62,973 bases of DNA from Anaerolinea thermophila (GCA_020724505.1 DYGV01000003.1:1-62973), one strand, 5' to 3'. Positions 10,089 to 19,220 are shown, numbered from the stretch's first letter. Program-made: numbers and translations. Notes: generated from the letters alone by a model not told the origin.

Positions 10089-10149
10089 GTAGTATTTCGC
10101 CCTCACCTCTTCCCCGAACCCCTGCCCCTTTCCCAACGTTGGGAGAGGG
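10089..10149. repeat. REP-like palindromic element, copy 1 (long left arm, truncated right arm)
   Basis: Sequence gtagtatttcgccctcacctcttccccgaacccctgcccctttcccaacgttgggagaggg. It shares the leader gtagtatttc and the core tcccaacgttgggagagg with the copy at 62062-62128. Confidence 0.6.
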
Positions 10150-11146
10150 CGCGGCGCAGGCTGGCTTCCGCCTGGCTGATGGGATGCTCCTCAAGGATCA
10201 TGCCTTGCGCTTGAGAGAGCATCGGATAACCGGCCTGACGCTCAGCCTGAAAGCGGCGCGCAAATTGGCCGCTGCGAATTTCATCGAAGATCTGCCGGAA
10301 CTTCACCGGCAGGTCCGAGTTGAGAAATTGCATGGTGTAGATGAAACCACCGAAGAGCGCGGTGGGGCCATGAGCATTGGAGGCGCGCAAAAACCCTTCT
10401 TGCCGAAACGAACGCCACACGGTTTCCATCTCCTCAGACATATACATCTCAAACACCATCGCTTCCGCCGGGATGCCAGCTTCCACGCCTAAAGCAAAGA
10501 CATTCATAATCGCCGCCCCCAACGCCGCGCCCAGGGTTTGCTCAACCAGCAAATCCAGATCGGCCTCTTTGCGGGCGTCCAATTCGAGCGCGCCGGCGCG
10601 CAGCACTCCCACGCCCTCTGCCAGACCCAGCAGGCGCTGCATCGCCTTGCCGCTGGCGTCTTGCTCCACCGAAATATAAGCGTAAAAACCGCGGCCATCC
10701 AGATAACGCTGACGGGCATTTTCGCCAGCCATACGCGGCGCCAGCAACAGCACATCTACCTCGGGCGGTGGGGCAATAAGACCATAAGCCAGGGTATATC
10801 CCGAACCGAAAACAATGGCGGAGCCGGCTGCCAGATTCGGAGCAATCCTGTCCTTGAACACTTCCGGTATGACTTCATCTGGCAATAGAACTAAAACAAT
10901 ATCCGCGCTTTGCACAGCCTGTTCGGGTGGCATGACGAGAAAGCCATCCTGGTGCGCAGTTTGGGCGTAAGCATCAGCGATGTTGCCAACGACTAAGGGT
11001 GCAATGCCAGAATCGCGCAGATTTAGCGCAAATGGACGTCCCAAATGACCATATCCAACCACGGCAATACGCTCCCCGTTCAGGGCATCGGGAATGGCAT
11101 CTTTTATAGTAAAACACCGCATAGCGGCTGGGGTGAAGCCTGCCAT
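10103..11146 (-). CDS. Divergent ketol-acid reductoisomerase-like oxidoreductase (class I KARI fold)
   Basis: Rossmann motif IAVVGYGHLGRPFALNLRDSG and a KARI-like knotted-domain signature (DLLVEQTLGAALG...FEMYMSEEME). The last ~14 codons (LSQRWERGRGSGKR) are encoded by the palindromic repeat at 10089-10149. Confidence 0.7.
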   Translation of the reverse strand: MAGFTPAAMRCFTIKDAIPDALNGERIAVVGYGHLGRPFALNLRDSGIAPLVVGNIADAYAQTAHQDGFLVMPPEQAVQSADIVLVLLPDEVIPEVFKDRIAPNLAAGSAIVFGSGYTLAYGLIAPPPEVDVLLLAPRMAGENARQRYLDGRGFYAYISVEQDASGKAMQRLLGLAEGVGVLRAGALELDARKEADLDLLVEQTLGAALGAAIMNVFALGVEAGIPAEAMVFEMYMSEEMETVWRSFRQEGFLRASNAHGPTALFGGFIYTMQFLNSDLPVKFRQIFDEIRSGQFARRFQAERQAGYPMLSQAQGMILEEHPISQAEASLRRALSQRWERGRGSGKR

Positions 11147-11371
11147 TGAAAATTCTCCTCTCTAATTAGGTTGGAAAAAGCTGGAGACTCTGGGTAAAGA
11201 TCGAACAACAGACCAGGATCATAACCAACTTGCAATAATTTGAGCGCAGTATACCAAATAATATGGGGTAAAATAGGTCAAGGGTGGAAGGTTTTCGGTA
11301 ATCCGGCGAGCTGCGCTGAGATTATCGCAAAAACGACATTCCCATCAATCTTTCTCCAAGGAGCGTTTGTT

Positions 11372-11926
11372 ATGGGCGACCTGCATCCTGATTTGGCGCG
11401 CGTATTGATCTCAAAAGATGCAATCGAAAAACGAGTCAAAGAGATGGCCGAACAGATCCGCAACGATTTTAAAGACACGCAGCGACTGTACATCGTGGGC
11501 ATCCTCAAAGGCGCGTTCATCTTCCTGGCGGATCTCACTCGTGAGTTGTCCGAACTTTCGATGCCGCACGTGGTGGATTTCATGGCTCTTTCCAGCTATG
11601 GCAAGACCACCGAGTCCGGCGCAGTGCGCATCTTGATGGACCTGCGTGAGCCGATCGAAAACCAACATGTCTTGATCGTCGAAGACATTGTGGACACCGG
11701 GCACACACTCAGCTACCTGTATCACATCCTCGAGGGGCGTAAACCCGCCTCTTTGCACACTTGCGCCCTGGTGCGCAAGCAGCGCGAACGCCTGAACGTA
11801 CCCCTTGACTACATCGGCTTCGATATCCCAGATGTCTGGGTGGTGGGCTATGGCTTGGATTTTGCCGATCAATTCCGCACTCTCCCCTATGTCGCCGAAT
11901 TGAAGCGCGAGGCGTACACCCGCTAA
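11372..11926 (+). CDS. hpt: Hypoxanthine-guanine phosphoribosyltransferase
   Basis: Trimmed to ATG 11372, preceded by AAGGAG. Contains the PRPP-binding loop VLIVEDIVDTGHTLSYL and the typical Hpt length and sequence (MGDLHPDLARVLISKDAIEKRVKEMA...). Confidence 0.9.
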   Translation: MGDLHPDLARVLISKDAIEKRVKEMAEQIRNDFKDTQRLYIVGILKGAFIFLADLTRELSELSMPHVVDFMALSSYGKTTESGAVRILMDLREPIENQHVLIVEDIVDTGHTLSYLYHILEGRKPASLHTCALVRKQRERLNVPLDYIGFDIPDVWVVGYGLDFADQFRTLPYVAELKREAYTR

Positions 11927-11953
11927 GCTCAAACCATGCTAAAATAAGCTGCA

Positions 11954-12391
11954 ATGAAGAGTCAGAGTCCAGCCATACAGCCGCCGCGCAACCCGATCAC
12001 CCATCAGCGCCATCGCCGGGAGGTGTTTTGGCAGATTACCATCCCAACCCTTGCGGCTGCTCTGCTGCTTCTGATTCTTGCTATCCTGGCGACCGGCCTG
12101 GCCGGGACGCCCATGCGCAAATGGGCAGATATTTCATTAATCTCACTAATCATCCCAACCGGGTTGTTTTCGCTGCTGAGCATGGTCTTTCTTGCAGCGA
12201 GCGTCTATGCAATAACGCAGCTCATCCAGGTTTTGCCTGGTCTGTTCTATCGCCTGCATGGCTTGCTGATCTTGATCGGCGCGCGCCTGGGCCGGCTGGG
12301 AGATGGATTGGTGGAACCGGTTTTGCGCATCCAATCCTGGAACGCCTCTCTGCGGGTGTTGTGGAAATCCGTCAAACGGAAAAAGCAATAA
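11954..12391 (+). CDS. Hypothetical membrane protein (3-4 predicted TM helices)
   Basis: 145-aa ORF with hydrophobic segments (ITIPTLAAALLLLILAILATGLAG, LISLIIPTGLFSLLSMVFLAASVYAI). No recognisable family. Confidence 0.5.
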   Translation: MKSQSPAIQPPRNPITHQRHRREVFWQITIPTLAAALLLLILAILATGLAGTPMRKWADISLISLIIPTGLFSLLSMVFLAASVYAITQLIQVLPGLFYRLHGLLILIGARLGRLGDGLVEPVLRIQSWNASLRVLWKSVKRKKQ

Positions 12392-12412
12392 TATCTGTGT
12401 GGAGAAACATCC

Positions 12413-12628
12413 ATGAGCGAAGAAAGCAAAGCTTTGGCGGCAACCGATAATTGGAAATCTCGCGCCCTGATCATCGGCGGCGTGCTGGGCGCACTGGTGG
12501 GCGTCGCAGCAGCCTATCTATATATACAGCGGGCGCAGGACGAGGAAAAACTGGAGATTTCCGCAGGCGAAGGCGTAAAGATCGGCGTGCTGGTGTTGGG
12601 GCTATTGCGCAGCATCGCCACGCTTTAG
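12413..12628 (+). CDS. Small hypothetical membrane protein
   Basis: 71 aa with one clear TM segment (ALIIGGVLGALVGVAAAYLYI). The coding call is supported only by ORF context. Confidence 0.45.
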   Translation: MSEESKALAATDNWKSRALIIGGVLGALVGVAAAYLYIQRAQDEEKLEISAGEGVKIGVLVLGLLRSIATL

Positions 12629-12646
12629 CCCTGGGAGTGAGCAGCG

Positions 12647-12994
12647 ATGTCTGAATTAAGCAAGTTCCGGTGCGTCCCCTGCCGCGGCGACGAACCGCCA
12701 CTCAGCGAAACGGAAACCGCCGAGCTGAGACCCGAAGCGCCGGAGTGGAATGTGGTTGACGTGGATGGAATCTTGCGTTTGGAACGGCGCTTCAAATTCA
12801 AGAACTTTGCAGAGGCGCTGAAGTTCACCAACCAGGTGGGGCAAATCGCCGAAGAGGAGGGCCATCATCCGGCAATTCTGACCGAATGGGGCAAAGTAAC
12901 CGTCACCTGGTGGACGCACAAAATCCGCGGCTTGCACCGCAACGACTTCATCATGGCAGCCAAAACCGACCAGCTCTATACCTCATCTATCTAA
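12647..12994 (+). CDS. phhB: Pterin-4-alpha-carbinolamine dehydratase
   Basis: Hallmark [23 protein letters not shown] motif of the PCD/DCoH family, about 115 aa. Confidence 0.85.
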   Translation: MSELSKFRCVPCRGDEPPLSETETAELRPEAPEWNVVDVDGILRLERRFKFKNFAEALKFTNQVGQIAEEEGHHPAILTEWGKVTVTWWTHKIRGLHRNDFIMAAKTDQLYTSSI

Positions 12995-13018
12995 TCCATT
13001 GGGTAAAGGGGTCTTGCT

Positions 13019-13056
13019 AAGAACGCCTCGCGCCGCAACTGGGCCGGGGCGTTCTT
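13019..13056 (+). terminator. Weak candidate terminator hairpin after phhB
   Basis: 9-bp stem aagaacgcc/ggcgttctt with a 20-nt loop, followed by a T-poor tract (ctatctt). Confidence 0.35.
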
Positions 13057-13061
13057 CTATC

Positions 13062-13110
13062 TTGACAAAATCCGCTTCATATGTAACAATATGAACGAAC
13101 GTTCGTTCAT
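13062..13110 (+). promoter_or_regulatory. Sigma70-like promoter plus a perfect 20-bp palindromic operator (presumed TetR site)
   Basis: TTGACA (13062-13067), 17 nt, AACAAT (TAACAAT at 13084-13090), then the perfect palindrome atgaacgaacgttcgttcat (13091-13110). This directly abuts the RBS GAAGGAG and ATG 13127 of the TetR gene. Confidence 0.55.
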
Positions 13111-13126
13111 GAAGGAGATCTGAATC

Positions 13127-13738
13127 ATGACGCAAGAAACGCTCACCCGTGGGGAAAGCACCCGCATGGAGATCATCCAGGCGGCTCATAGTTTATTCGT
13201 ACAGCAAGGGTATCACGGCACTTCAATGCGCCAGATCGCCCAACGAGCCGGGATCGCCCTGGGAGGTCTGTATAATCACTTCAGCAGCAAAGAAGAAGTC
13301 TTCCGTCAGGTATTTATTGCCTATCATCCCTATCATCAGGTGATTCCCGCGCTGCTGGAAAGCTCTGGAACAACGGTCGAGGGGTTTGTCCGCGGCGCAG
13401 TTTTTCGCATTTGGGAGTCCATGAAAGACCAGCCGGGTTTTCTCAACCTGATGTTTATCGAGATAGTGGAGTTCAAAAGCGCCCACATCGGCGAGCTATA
13501 TGAGACCCTTATGCCACAGGTGATGCAGATTATCCAGCGTTTGGTGCAATCCGGCAGCGATCAGTTACGCCCCATTCACCCCCTCATGTTGATCCGCCTC
13601 TTCATTGGGTCATTTCTGGGCTACTACCTGACAGAAGCAGCTTTTGCGTCCGTCGCGCCGCCGGAATTTAGCGAAGGCGCGCTAGATCAATATATTGACG
13701 TCTTATTGCACGGAATCTTGAAACCCGAAACCGATTAA
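13127..13738 (+). CDS. TetR/AcrR family transcriptional regulator
   Basis: N-terminal TetR HTH (RMEIIQAAHSLFVQQGYHGTSMRQIAQRAGIALGGLYNHFSSKEEVF). Confidence 0.9.
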   Translation: MTQETLTRGESTRMEIIQAAHSLFVQQGYHGTSMRQIAQRAGIALGGLYNHFSSKEEVFRQVFIAYHPYHQVIPALLESSGTTVEGFVRGAVFRIWESMKDQPGFLNLMFIEIVEFKSAHIGELYETLMPQVMQIIQRLVQSGSDQLRPIHPLMLIRLFIGSFLGYYLTEAAFASVAPPEFSEGALDQYIDVLLHGILKPETD

Positions 13739-13757
13739 TAGACTCGGCGGAGCAGCC

Positions 13758-14888
13758 ATGTTCAACTCCAGATTATCTTCTCTCATCCGAAAAGAGTTTA
13801 TCCAAATCCTGCGCGACCCGCGCACCCTGGTTTTGGTGTTGGTCATCCCCGTAATGCAGTTATTCCTGCTGGGCTATGCAGCCACGAACGATGTGCGTAA
13901 TGTACCGCTGGCGGTGTATGACCAGGATCGCGGCTCTGCTGCGCGTGAATTGTTGGACGCTTATCGCGCGGCGGATTATTTTCGCCTCGCTTTCGATGTC
14001 GATTCTGAGGAGCAGTTACGCAAACTGATCGACTCTGGCAAGGCGCGTGTGGGGTTGATTATCCCGCCAGATTACACTCGTAAAGTCAAGGGAGGGGGCG
14101 AGGCCTCGGTGATGTTCATTCTGGATGGCAGCGACCCCACGGTTGCTTCCACTGCGCTTTCGGCGGCGCAGTTGATCGGTCAGCAACATGCCACGCGCAT
14201 CCAGGCTGAGCGCATCGGCGGCCGCGCGCAAACAGCGCTCCGCTTGCCGGTGGAAGTTCACACCCAGGTTTGGTACAACCCCGACCTCATCAGCGCCTAC
14301 TATATGATCCCCGGCGTGATCGGGATGATCCTGTTTGCACTGACCTCAATCCTCACCGCGACGGCGGTGGTGCGCGAGCGGGAGCGCGGCACCATCGAGC
14401 AATTGATTGTTACCCCTATCCGGCCTTGGGAACTGGTGATCGGCAAGATCTTGCCCTATGTGATCCTGGCTTTTTTGAATACGTTAGAAGTGCTGGCGAT
14501 CGGCCACTGGTGGTTCGGGGTGCCGGTGCGGGGCAGCCTGGTTCTCATTTTGGCGCTGTCCGGCTTGTTCCTGCTCACCAGCCTGGGTATTGGTCTGCTG
14601 GCCTCAACCTTCGCTAATACGCAGCAGGAAGCCATGCTGGTGGTCTGGATGACGCTGCTGCCGGCGCTGTTTTTATCCGGTTTCTTTTTTCCGTTGGAAG
14701 CGATGCCTAAAGTCTTGCAGTGGGCATCGTTGTTCTTGCCCCTGCGCTATTACCTGGTCATCATCCGCTCTCTCTTGCTTAAAGATATCGGTGTCGCCGA
14801 ACTCCAGACAGAGATCATCGCCTTGGCGATCTTCGGACTGGCGCTGATGACGATCGCTTCTTTGCGCTTTCGCAAACGATTGGATTAA
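13758..14888 (+). CDS. ABC-2 type transporter permease
   Basis: 376 aa. One N-terminal TM helix, a large extracytoplasmic loop and 5 C-terminal TM helices, the typical ABC-2 (YhhJ/YbhR-like) architecture. Confidence 0.85.
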   Translation: MFNSRLSSLIRKEFIQILRDPRTLVLVLVIPVMQLFLLGYAATNDVRNVPLAVYDQDRGSAARELLDAYRAADYFRLAFDVDSEEQLRKLIDSGKARVGLIIPPDYTRKVKGGGEASVMFILDGSDPTVASTALSAAQLIGQQHATRIQAERIGGRAQTALRLPVEVHTQVWYNPDLISAYYMIPGVIGMILFALTSILTATAVVRERERGTIEQLIVTPIRPWELVIGKILPYVILAFLNTLEVLAIGHWWFGVPVRGSLVLILALSGLFLLTSLGIGLLASTFANTQQEAMLVVWMTLLPALFLSGFFFPLEAMPKVLQWASLFLPLRYYLVIIRSLLLKDIGVAELQTEIIALAIFGLALMTIASLRFRKRLD

Positions 14889-14915
14889 TGTCCATCCTAT
14901 ATCGGGAGGTCCCTC

Positions 14916-16265
14916 ATGCACAATCGCAAACGCATCCTAATCCCTGTAATTGTCCTGCTTCTGTTGAGCAGCCTGGCAGGGTGGTACTTCACCCGCAACG
15001 GCTCATCGGTGCTGGGCGGCTCGCTAGAAGCCTCAGGCACAGTCGAAGCAGTGGAGGTGGCCATCGCCGCGGAGCTCTCCGGGCGCGTGGTGGAGGTGCT
15101 GGTAGAAGAAGGCCAGCCGATAAACGCTGGAGACGCCCTGCTGCGGTTGGACGACGCCTTGCTGGTCTCTCAGCGTCAGCGGGCCGAAGCTGCGCTGCGC
15201 GCGGCGCAGGAAAACTTTGCCGCGGCGAAAGTGGGAGAAGAGATGGCGAGCGCTGCTCTAACACAGGCAGAAGCTGCCCTGGAAACAGCCAACGCCCAGG
15301 CTGAGGCCGAGCTGCTAACCGCCCAACAGGCGCTGGATCAACTCTATGAAAATGCAGCCGTGGCGCGTGCTGAAGCCGAGCGCAATGTTGCGGTCGCCAA
15401 CCGTTTGTTGCGCGACGCGCAATATTTGTGGGACAACTTCACCGTCCCTTCATCTCAGAAAAACCTGACCGCCATGGAAGCCATTTCCATGACCCAGCAA
15501 AAGCTGGCGCAAGCGCGTGCAGCGTTCGAACCCTATAAGAACGAAAGCAGCGGTAACCCGACGCGCGAAACGCTCAAAGATAGGCTGGATGAAGCCCAAA
15601 GCGATTACGACACGGCTGTTCGCCGTATGGAGCTGGAGACAGGGGTGCTGCAAGCAAGAGAGCGCCTGGAAAAGGCGTTGCGCGATTTGGAAAAGTTGAA
15701 AGACGGCCCCGACCCAGATGAGGTCGCAAAACTGGAGGCGCGCATCGCAGCGATTCAGGCGGCGCCCAAACAGGCGCAGGCTGCCGTGGAGCAAGCGCGG
15801 GTGGCTGTGGAGCAGGCACAAGTTAAAGTCAGCCAGGCGGAAGCCGCCCTGGCGCAGGCGCAGGCCGAGCTAAACTGGATCAACGTTCAAATCGAAAAAC
15901 TGACGGTTTACGCCTCTGTCGCCGGGGTGCTACTTTCGCGCAACGTGGAGCCGGGCGAGGTGATTCAGGCTGGCGCCGCAGTCATGACCCTGGGCCAGCT
16001 CGACCAACTGAAAATCACTGTCTATATCCCCGAAGACCGGTATGGGCAAATCAAGCTGGGCCAAAAAGCGCAGGTTTCGGTTGATTCTTTCCCCGGCAAA
16101 ACTTTCCAGGCGGAAGTCGTCCGCATTGCGGATAAAGCTGAATTCACCCCGCGCAACGTGCAAACTGCCGAAGGGCGCAAAACCACCGTATTCGCCGTTC
16201 AGCTATCCATCAGCAACCCGGATGGACAGTTAAAACCCGGCATGCCAGCGGATGTACGCTTTTAG
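14916..16265 (+). CDS. HlyD-family membrane fusion (periplasmic adaptor) protein
   Basis: N-terminal anchor, lipoyl-like halves (LEASGTVEAVEV...GQPINAGDALLRLDD and ...ASVAGVLLSRNVEPGEVIQAG) and a very long Ala/Glu-rich coiled coil. Confidence 0.85.
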   Translation: MHNRKRILIPVIVLLLLSSLAGWYFTRNGSSVLGGSLEASGTVEAVEVAIAAELSGRVVEVLVEEGQPINAGDALLRLDDALLVSQRQRAEAALRAAQENFAAAKVGEEMASAALTQAEAALETANAQAEAELLTAQQALDQLYENAAVARAEAERNVAVANRLLRDAQYLWDNFTVPSSQKNLTAMEAISMTQQKLAQARAAFEPYKNESSGNPTRETLKDRLDEAQSDYDTAVRRMELETGVLQARERLEKALRDLEKLKDGPDPDEVAKLEARIAAIQAAPKQAQAAVEQARVAVEQAQVKVSQAEAALAQAQAELNWINVQIEKLTVYASVAGVLLSRNVEPGEVIQAGAAVMTLGQLDQLKITVYIPEDRYGQIKLGQKAQVSVDSFPGKTFQAEVVRIADKAEFTPRNVQTAEGRKTTVFAVQLSISNPDGQLKPGMPADVRF

Positions 16266-16273
16266 AGTAAAAA

Positions 16274-17230
16274 ATGGATCTGATTTCAGCCAAGAAATTA
16301 CGCCGTACCTTTGGCGCCACAGTGGCGGTTGAAGAGGTCAATTTGAGGGTGGGCGCGGGAGAAATCTTCGGCCTGGTTGGCCCAGACGGCGCCGGCAAGA
16401 CCACCACCCTGCGCATGTTATGCGGGGCGTATCGGCCAACGCCGTTTGATGATGGCTCATCGGCGGAAATCAGCATCGCCGGTTTTAATCTGCTGACCCA
16501 GACCGAAGAGGCGCGCGCCGTTCTGGGTTATCTGCCGCAGCGCTTTTCGCTCTACGAAGACCTGACCGTCCTGGAAAATATTCGCTTCTTTGCCGAGGTG
16601 CGCGGTCTTTCGCCTTCAGAATGGCTGCCTCGCTGCATGGAAATCCTGGCTTTTGTTGGATTGGACGCCTATATTCACCGACGCGCCGGCCATCTATCCG
16701 GCGGAATGAAACAGAAATTAGGGTTGGCGGCGGCGCTGGTTCACCGTCCAAGGGTCTTGCTGCTGGACGAACCTACCACCGGCGTTGACCCGGTGACCCG
16801 GCAAGACTTCTGGCAATTGCTCATCCGCCTGGTGGGAAAAGACCACCAGCGCGGCGTCGCCGTGCTGGTCAGCACCCCCTACATGGACGAAGCGGCTCGC
16901 TGCACCCGCATCGGCTTCATGAGCGGGGGACGGCTGGTCCTTGAAGGCGCGCCAGCGCAACTCTGCGCCCGCCTGGAAGGCCGTGTGGCGGAATTGGTCG
17001 GGCAACCGTTGCCTGCATTGCGCCATGTTGTGGAAAACGATCCAGGCGTCAGTGGGGTGCAGATGTTCGGCGATCGGTTGCATTTACGCGCCCAGCCGGG
17101 TCAGCTCGCTTCGATCTTGGAGCGCCTGGCGCAAAGCCTGCCCACGCAAGGATATGAGATAAAACAATTGCGCCCTATTGCCCCTCAATTAGAGGATGTG
17201 TTTATGGATTTGCTGGAGGCAGGGCAATGA
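16274..17230 (+). CDS. ABC transporter ATP-binding protein
   Basis: Walker A GPDGAGKTT, signature LSGGMKQKL and Walker B LLLDEPTTG. Confidence 0.9.
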   Translation: MDLISAKKLRRTFGATVAVEEVNLRVGAGEIFGLVGPDGAGKTTTLRMLCGAYRPTPFDDGSSAEISIAGFNLLTQTEEARAVLGYLPQRFSLYEDLTVLENIRFFAEVRGLSPSEWLPRCMEILAFVGLDAYIHRRAGHLSGGMKQKLGLAAALVHRPRVLLLDEPTTGVDPVTRQDFWQLLIRLVGKDHQRGVAVLVSTPYMDEAARCTRIGFMSGGRLVLEGAPAQLCARLEGRVAELVGQPLPALRHVVENDPGVSGVQMFGDRLHLRAQPGQLASILERLAQSLPTQGYEIKQLRPIAPQLEDVFMDLLEAGQ

Positions 17231-18186
17231 ACCAGACAGTCATCCAGGCGGAAGGTCTGACGCGTTATTTTGGCGACTTTCTAGCGGTGGATCACGTCTC
17301 CTTCACCGTTCACGCTGGCGAAGTGGTGGGCTACCTGGGACCTAACGGCTCAGGAAAGACGACCACCATCCGCATGTTGCTGGGATTGTTGCGCCCTTCT
17401 GAAGGCAGCGCCCGCGTTCTGGATTACGATGTCGTGCGTCAGGCCGAACCTTTGCGCTCACAGGTGGGGTATATGTCGCAGAGGTTCGCCCTCTATCACG
17501 ATCTGACCGTTGGCGAAAACCTGGCATTCTATGCCGGCGTGTATGGCATCCACGATCGTTCCCGGCTAGAAGAAGTGCTCCAGTTGGTGGGGCTGAAAGG
17601 CGCAGAACGACAGATGGTGAGCGAGCTTTCCACCGGTTGGCGGCAAAGGCTGGCTCTGGCGACCGCCATTGTCCACCGTCCGCGCTTGCTGTTTCTGGAT
17701 GAACCGACCAGCGGCGTGGATCCGCGGGCGCGGCGCGCCTTCTGGGATCTGATCTACACCCTTGTGGAGGACGGCGTGACCGCGCTGGTGACCACGCACT
17801 ATATGGACGAGGCTGAATACTGTGGACGAGTAGGCATTATGCGCGACGGGCGGTTACTGGCCATGGACACGCCAACGGCTTTAAAGTCCCAGGCTTTGCC
17901 CGGCCTGGCCTGGGACGTGATTTTAGATCAGCCGCTGGGCGTTGTCGCCTCAGAAAACGGTCAGGCGCAGGAAGACGCCCCATTGCTCCATGCCCTGAAT
18001 GCGTTGGAACAATGTCCCTGTGTGCTGCGCGCCGGCCTGGTCAGCGATCACCTGCGCGCCATCACCCCGCTCGAGGTTGACGCTTCAACATTGCGCGCCC
18101 AGTTGGAAGCGTTAGGGGTACGGGACTTTCGCCTGGAGCAGGTGGAGCCAACCCTGGAAGATGTCTTCTTGGCGCTGGCGATTTGA
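17227..18186 (+). CDS. ABC transporter ATP-binding protein (second, paralogous)
   Basis: Walker A GPNGSGKTT, signature LSTGWRQRL and Walker B LFLDEPTSG. There is a 4-nt ATGA overlap with the preceding ATPase gene. Confidence 0.9.
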   Translation: MNQTVIQAEGLTRYFGDFLAVDHVSFTVHAGEVVGYLGPNGSGKTTTIRMLLGLLRPSEGSARVLDYDVVRQAEPLRSQVGYMSQRFALYHDLTVGENLAFYAGVYGIHDRSRLEEVLQLVGLKGAERQMVSELSTGWRQRLALATAIVHRPRLLFLDEPTSGVDPRARRAFWDLIYTLVEDGVTALVTTHYMDEAEYCGRVGIMRDGRLLAMDTPTALKSQALPGLAWDVILDQPLGVVASENGQAQEDAPLLHALNALEQCPCVLRAGLVSDHLRAITPLEVDASTLRAQLEALGVRDFRLEQVEPTLEDVFLALAI

Positions 18187-19220
18187 GTATAATGGGAGGG
18201 ATGGAACACACCGTCCCTCGATTTCTTCTGGCTGGCAAGCTCACCCGCGATTATATCGTTTTCCCATCCCACGAACCATTGATCGACGCGCCCGGCGGCA
18301 ACGTCCTGTACGCCGCGGTTGGCCTGGCGGTTTGGGAACGCAACCCCCCGCCGGCCATCCTGGCACGCGTGGGGGAGGATTACCCCCAGGATTGGCTGGA
18401 TGATCTCACCCGCAAGGGTATCAACGCGCGCGGCGTGCGCATCTTGCCCGAGGCGATTGACCTGCGCTTCTTTGCAGCCATCGTAGATCACAATCAGCCT
18501 TCTTTAGATGATCCAGTGGCTCACTTTGCCCGCTTGGGGCTGCCCTTCCCGAAAGCGCTGCTGGGGTATCGCCCCGCGCCGACCGCCGTGGATAGCCGCA
18601 CCCGATTGCTGCCCACTTCCTTGCGCCAGAGCGACATTCCGCCGGAATTTATGGATGCCAGCGCCATTCATCTATGTCCTTTAGATTACATGACCCACAG
18701 TCTGTTGCCGGCTGTGCTGCGCCAGGCCGAATTCACCACGGTCACCCTTGACCCCTCGCCGGGTTACATGAATCCCAGCTATTGGGCAGAGACGCCGGCG
18801 CTCTTAACTGGCCTGACTGCATTCCTGCCTGATGAGGCGAGTTTGCGTTCCCTGTTTCAGGGGCGCGCCTCCGACCTTTGGGAAATGGCCGAAGCGGTGG
18901 CAGCCTATGGATGTGAGATTGTGGTCATTAAGTCGCGTGAGCGCGGTCAATTGCTCTACGATGCCGCCGCCAAACGGCGCTGGGAAGTGCCGGCCTATCC
19001 GGCGCGAGTGGTGAATCCCATCGGCGCCGGCAGCGCCTTTTGCGGCGGATTTCTAGCTGGCTACCATCGCGCCTATGATCCGCTTGAAGCGACGCTACAC
19101 GGCAATATTTCCGCTTCCTTAGTGGTGGAAGGCTATCAAGCCACCTACGCCCTGGACACGCTGCCCGGTTTGCCGGAAGCGCGCCTGGAAGCATTGCGCC
19201 AGAATGTACGTAGAGTTTAG
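18183..19220 (+). CDS. PfkB-family carbohydrate/nucleoside kinase
   Basis: Ribokinase-fold C-terminal motif VVNPIGAGSAFCGGFLAG. The start is uncertain (TTG 18183, ATG 18192 or ATG 18201). Confidence 0.75.
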   Translation: MSIMGGMEHTVPRFLLAGKLTRDYIVFPSHEPLIDAPGGNVLYAAVGLAVWERNPPPAILARVGEDYPQDWLDDLTRKGINARGVRILPEAIDLRFFAAIVDHNQPSLDDPVAHFARLGLPFPKALLGYRPAPTAVDSRTRLLPTSLRQSDIPPEFMDASAIHLCPLDYMTHSLLPAVLRQAEFTTVTLDPSPGYMNPSYWAETPALLTGLTAFLPDEASLRSLFQGRASDLWEMAEAVAAYGCEIVVIKSRERGQLLYDAAAKRRWEVPAYPARVVNPIGAGSAFCGGFLAGYHRAYDPLEATLHGNISASLVVEGYQATYALDTLPGLPEARLEALRQNVRRV

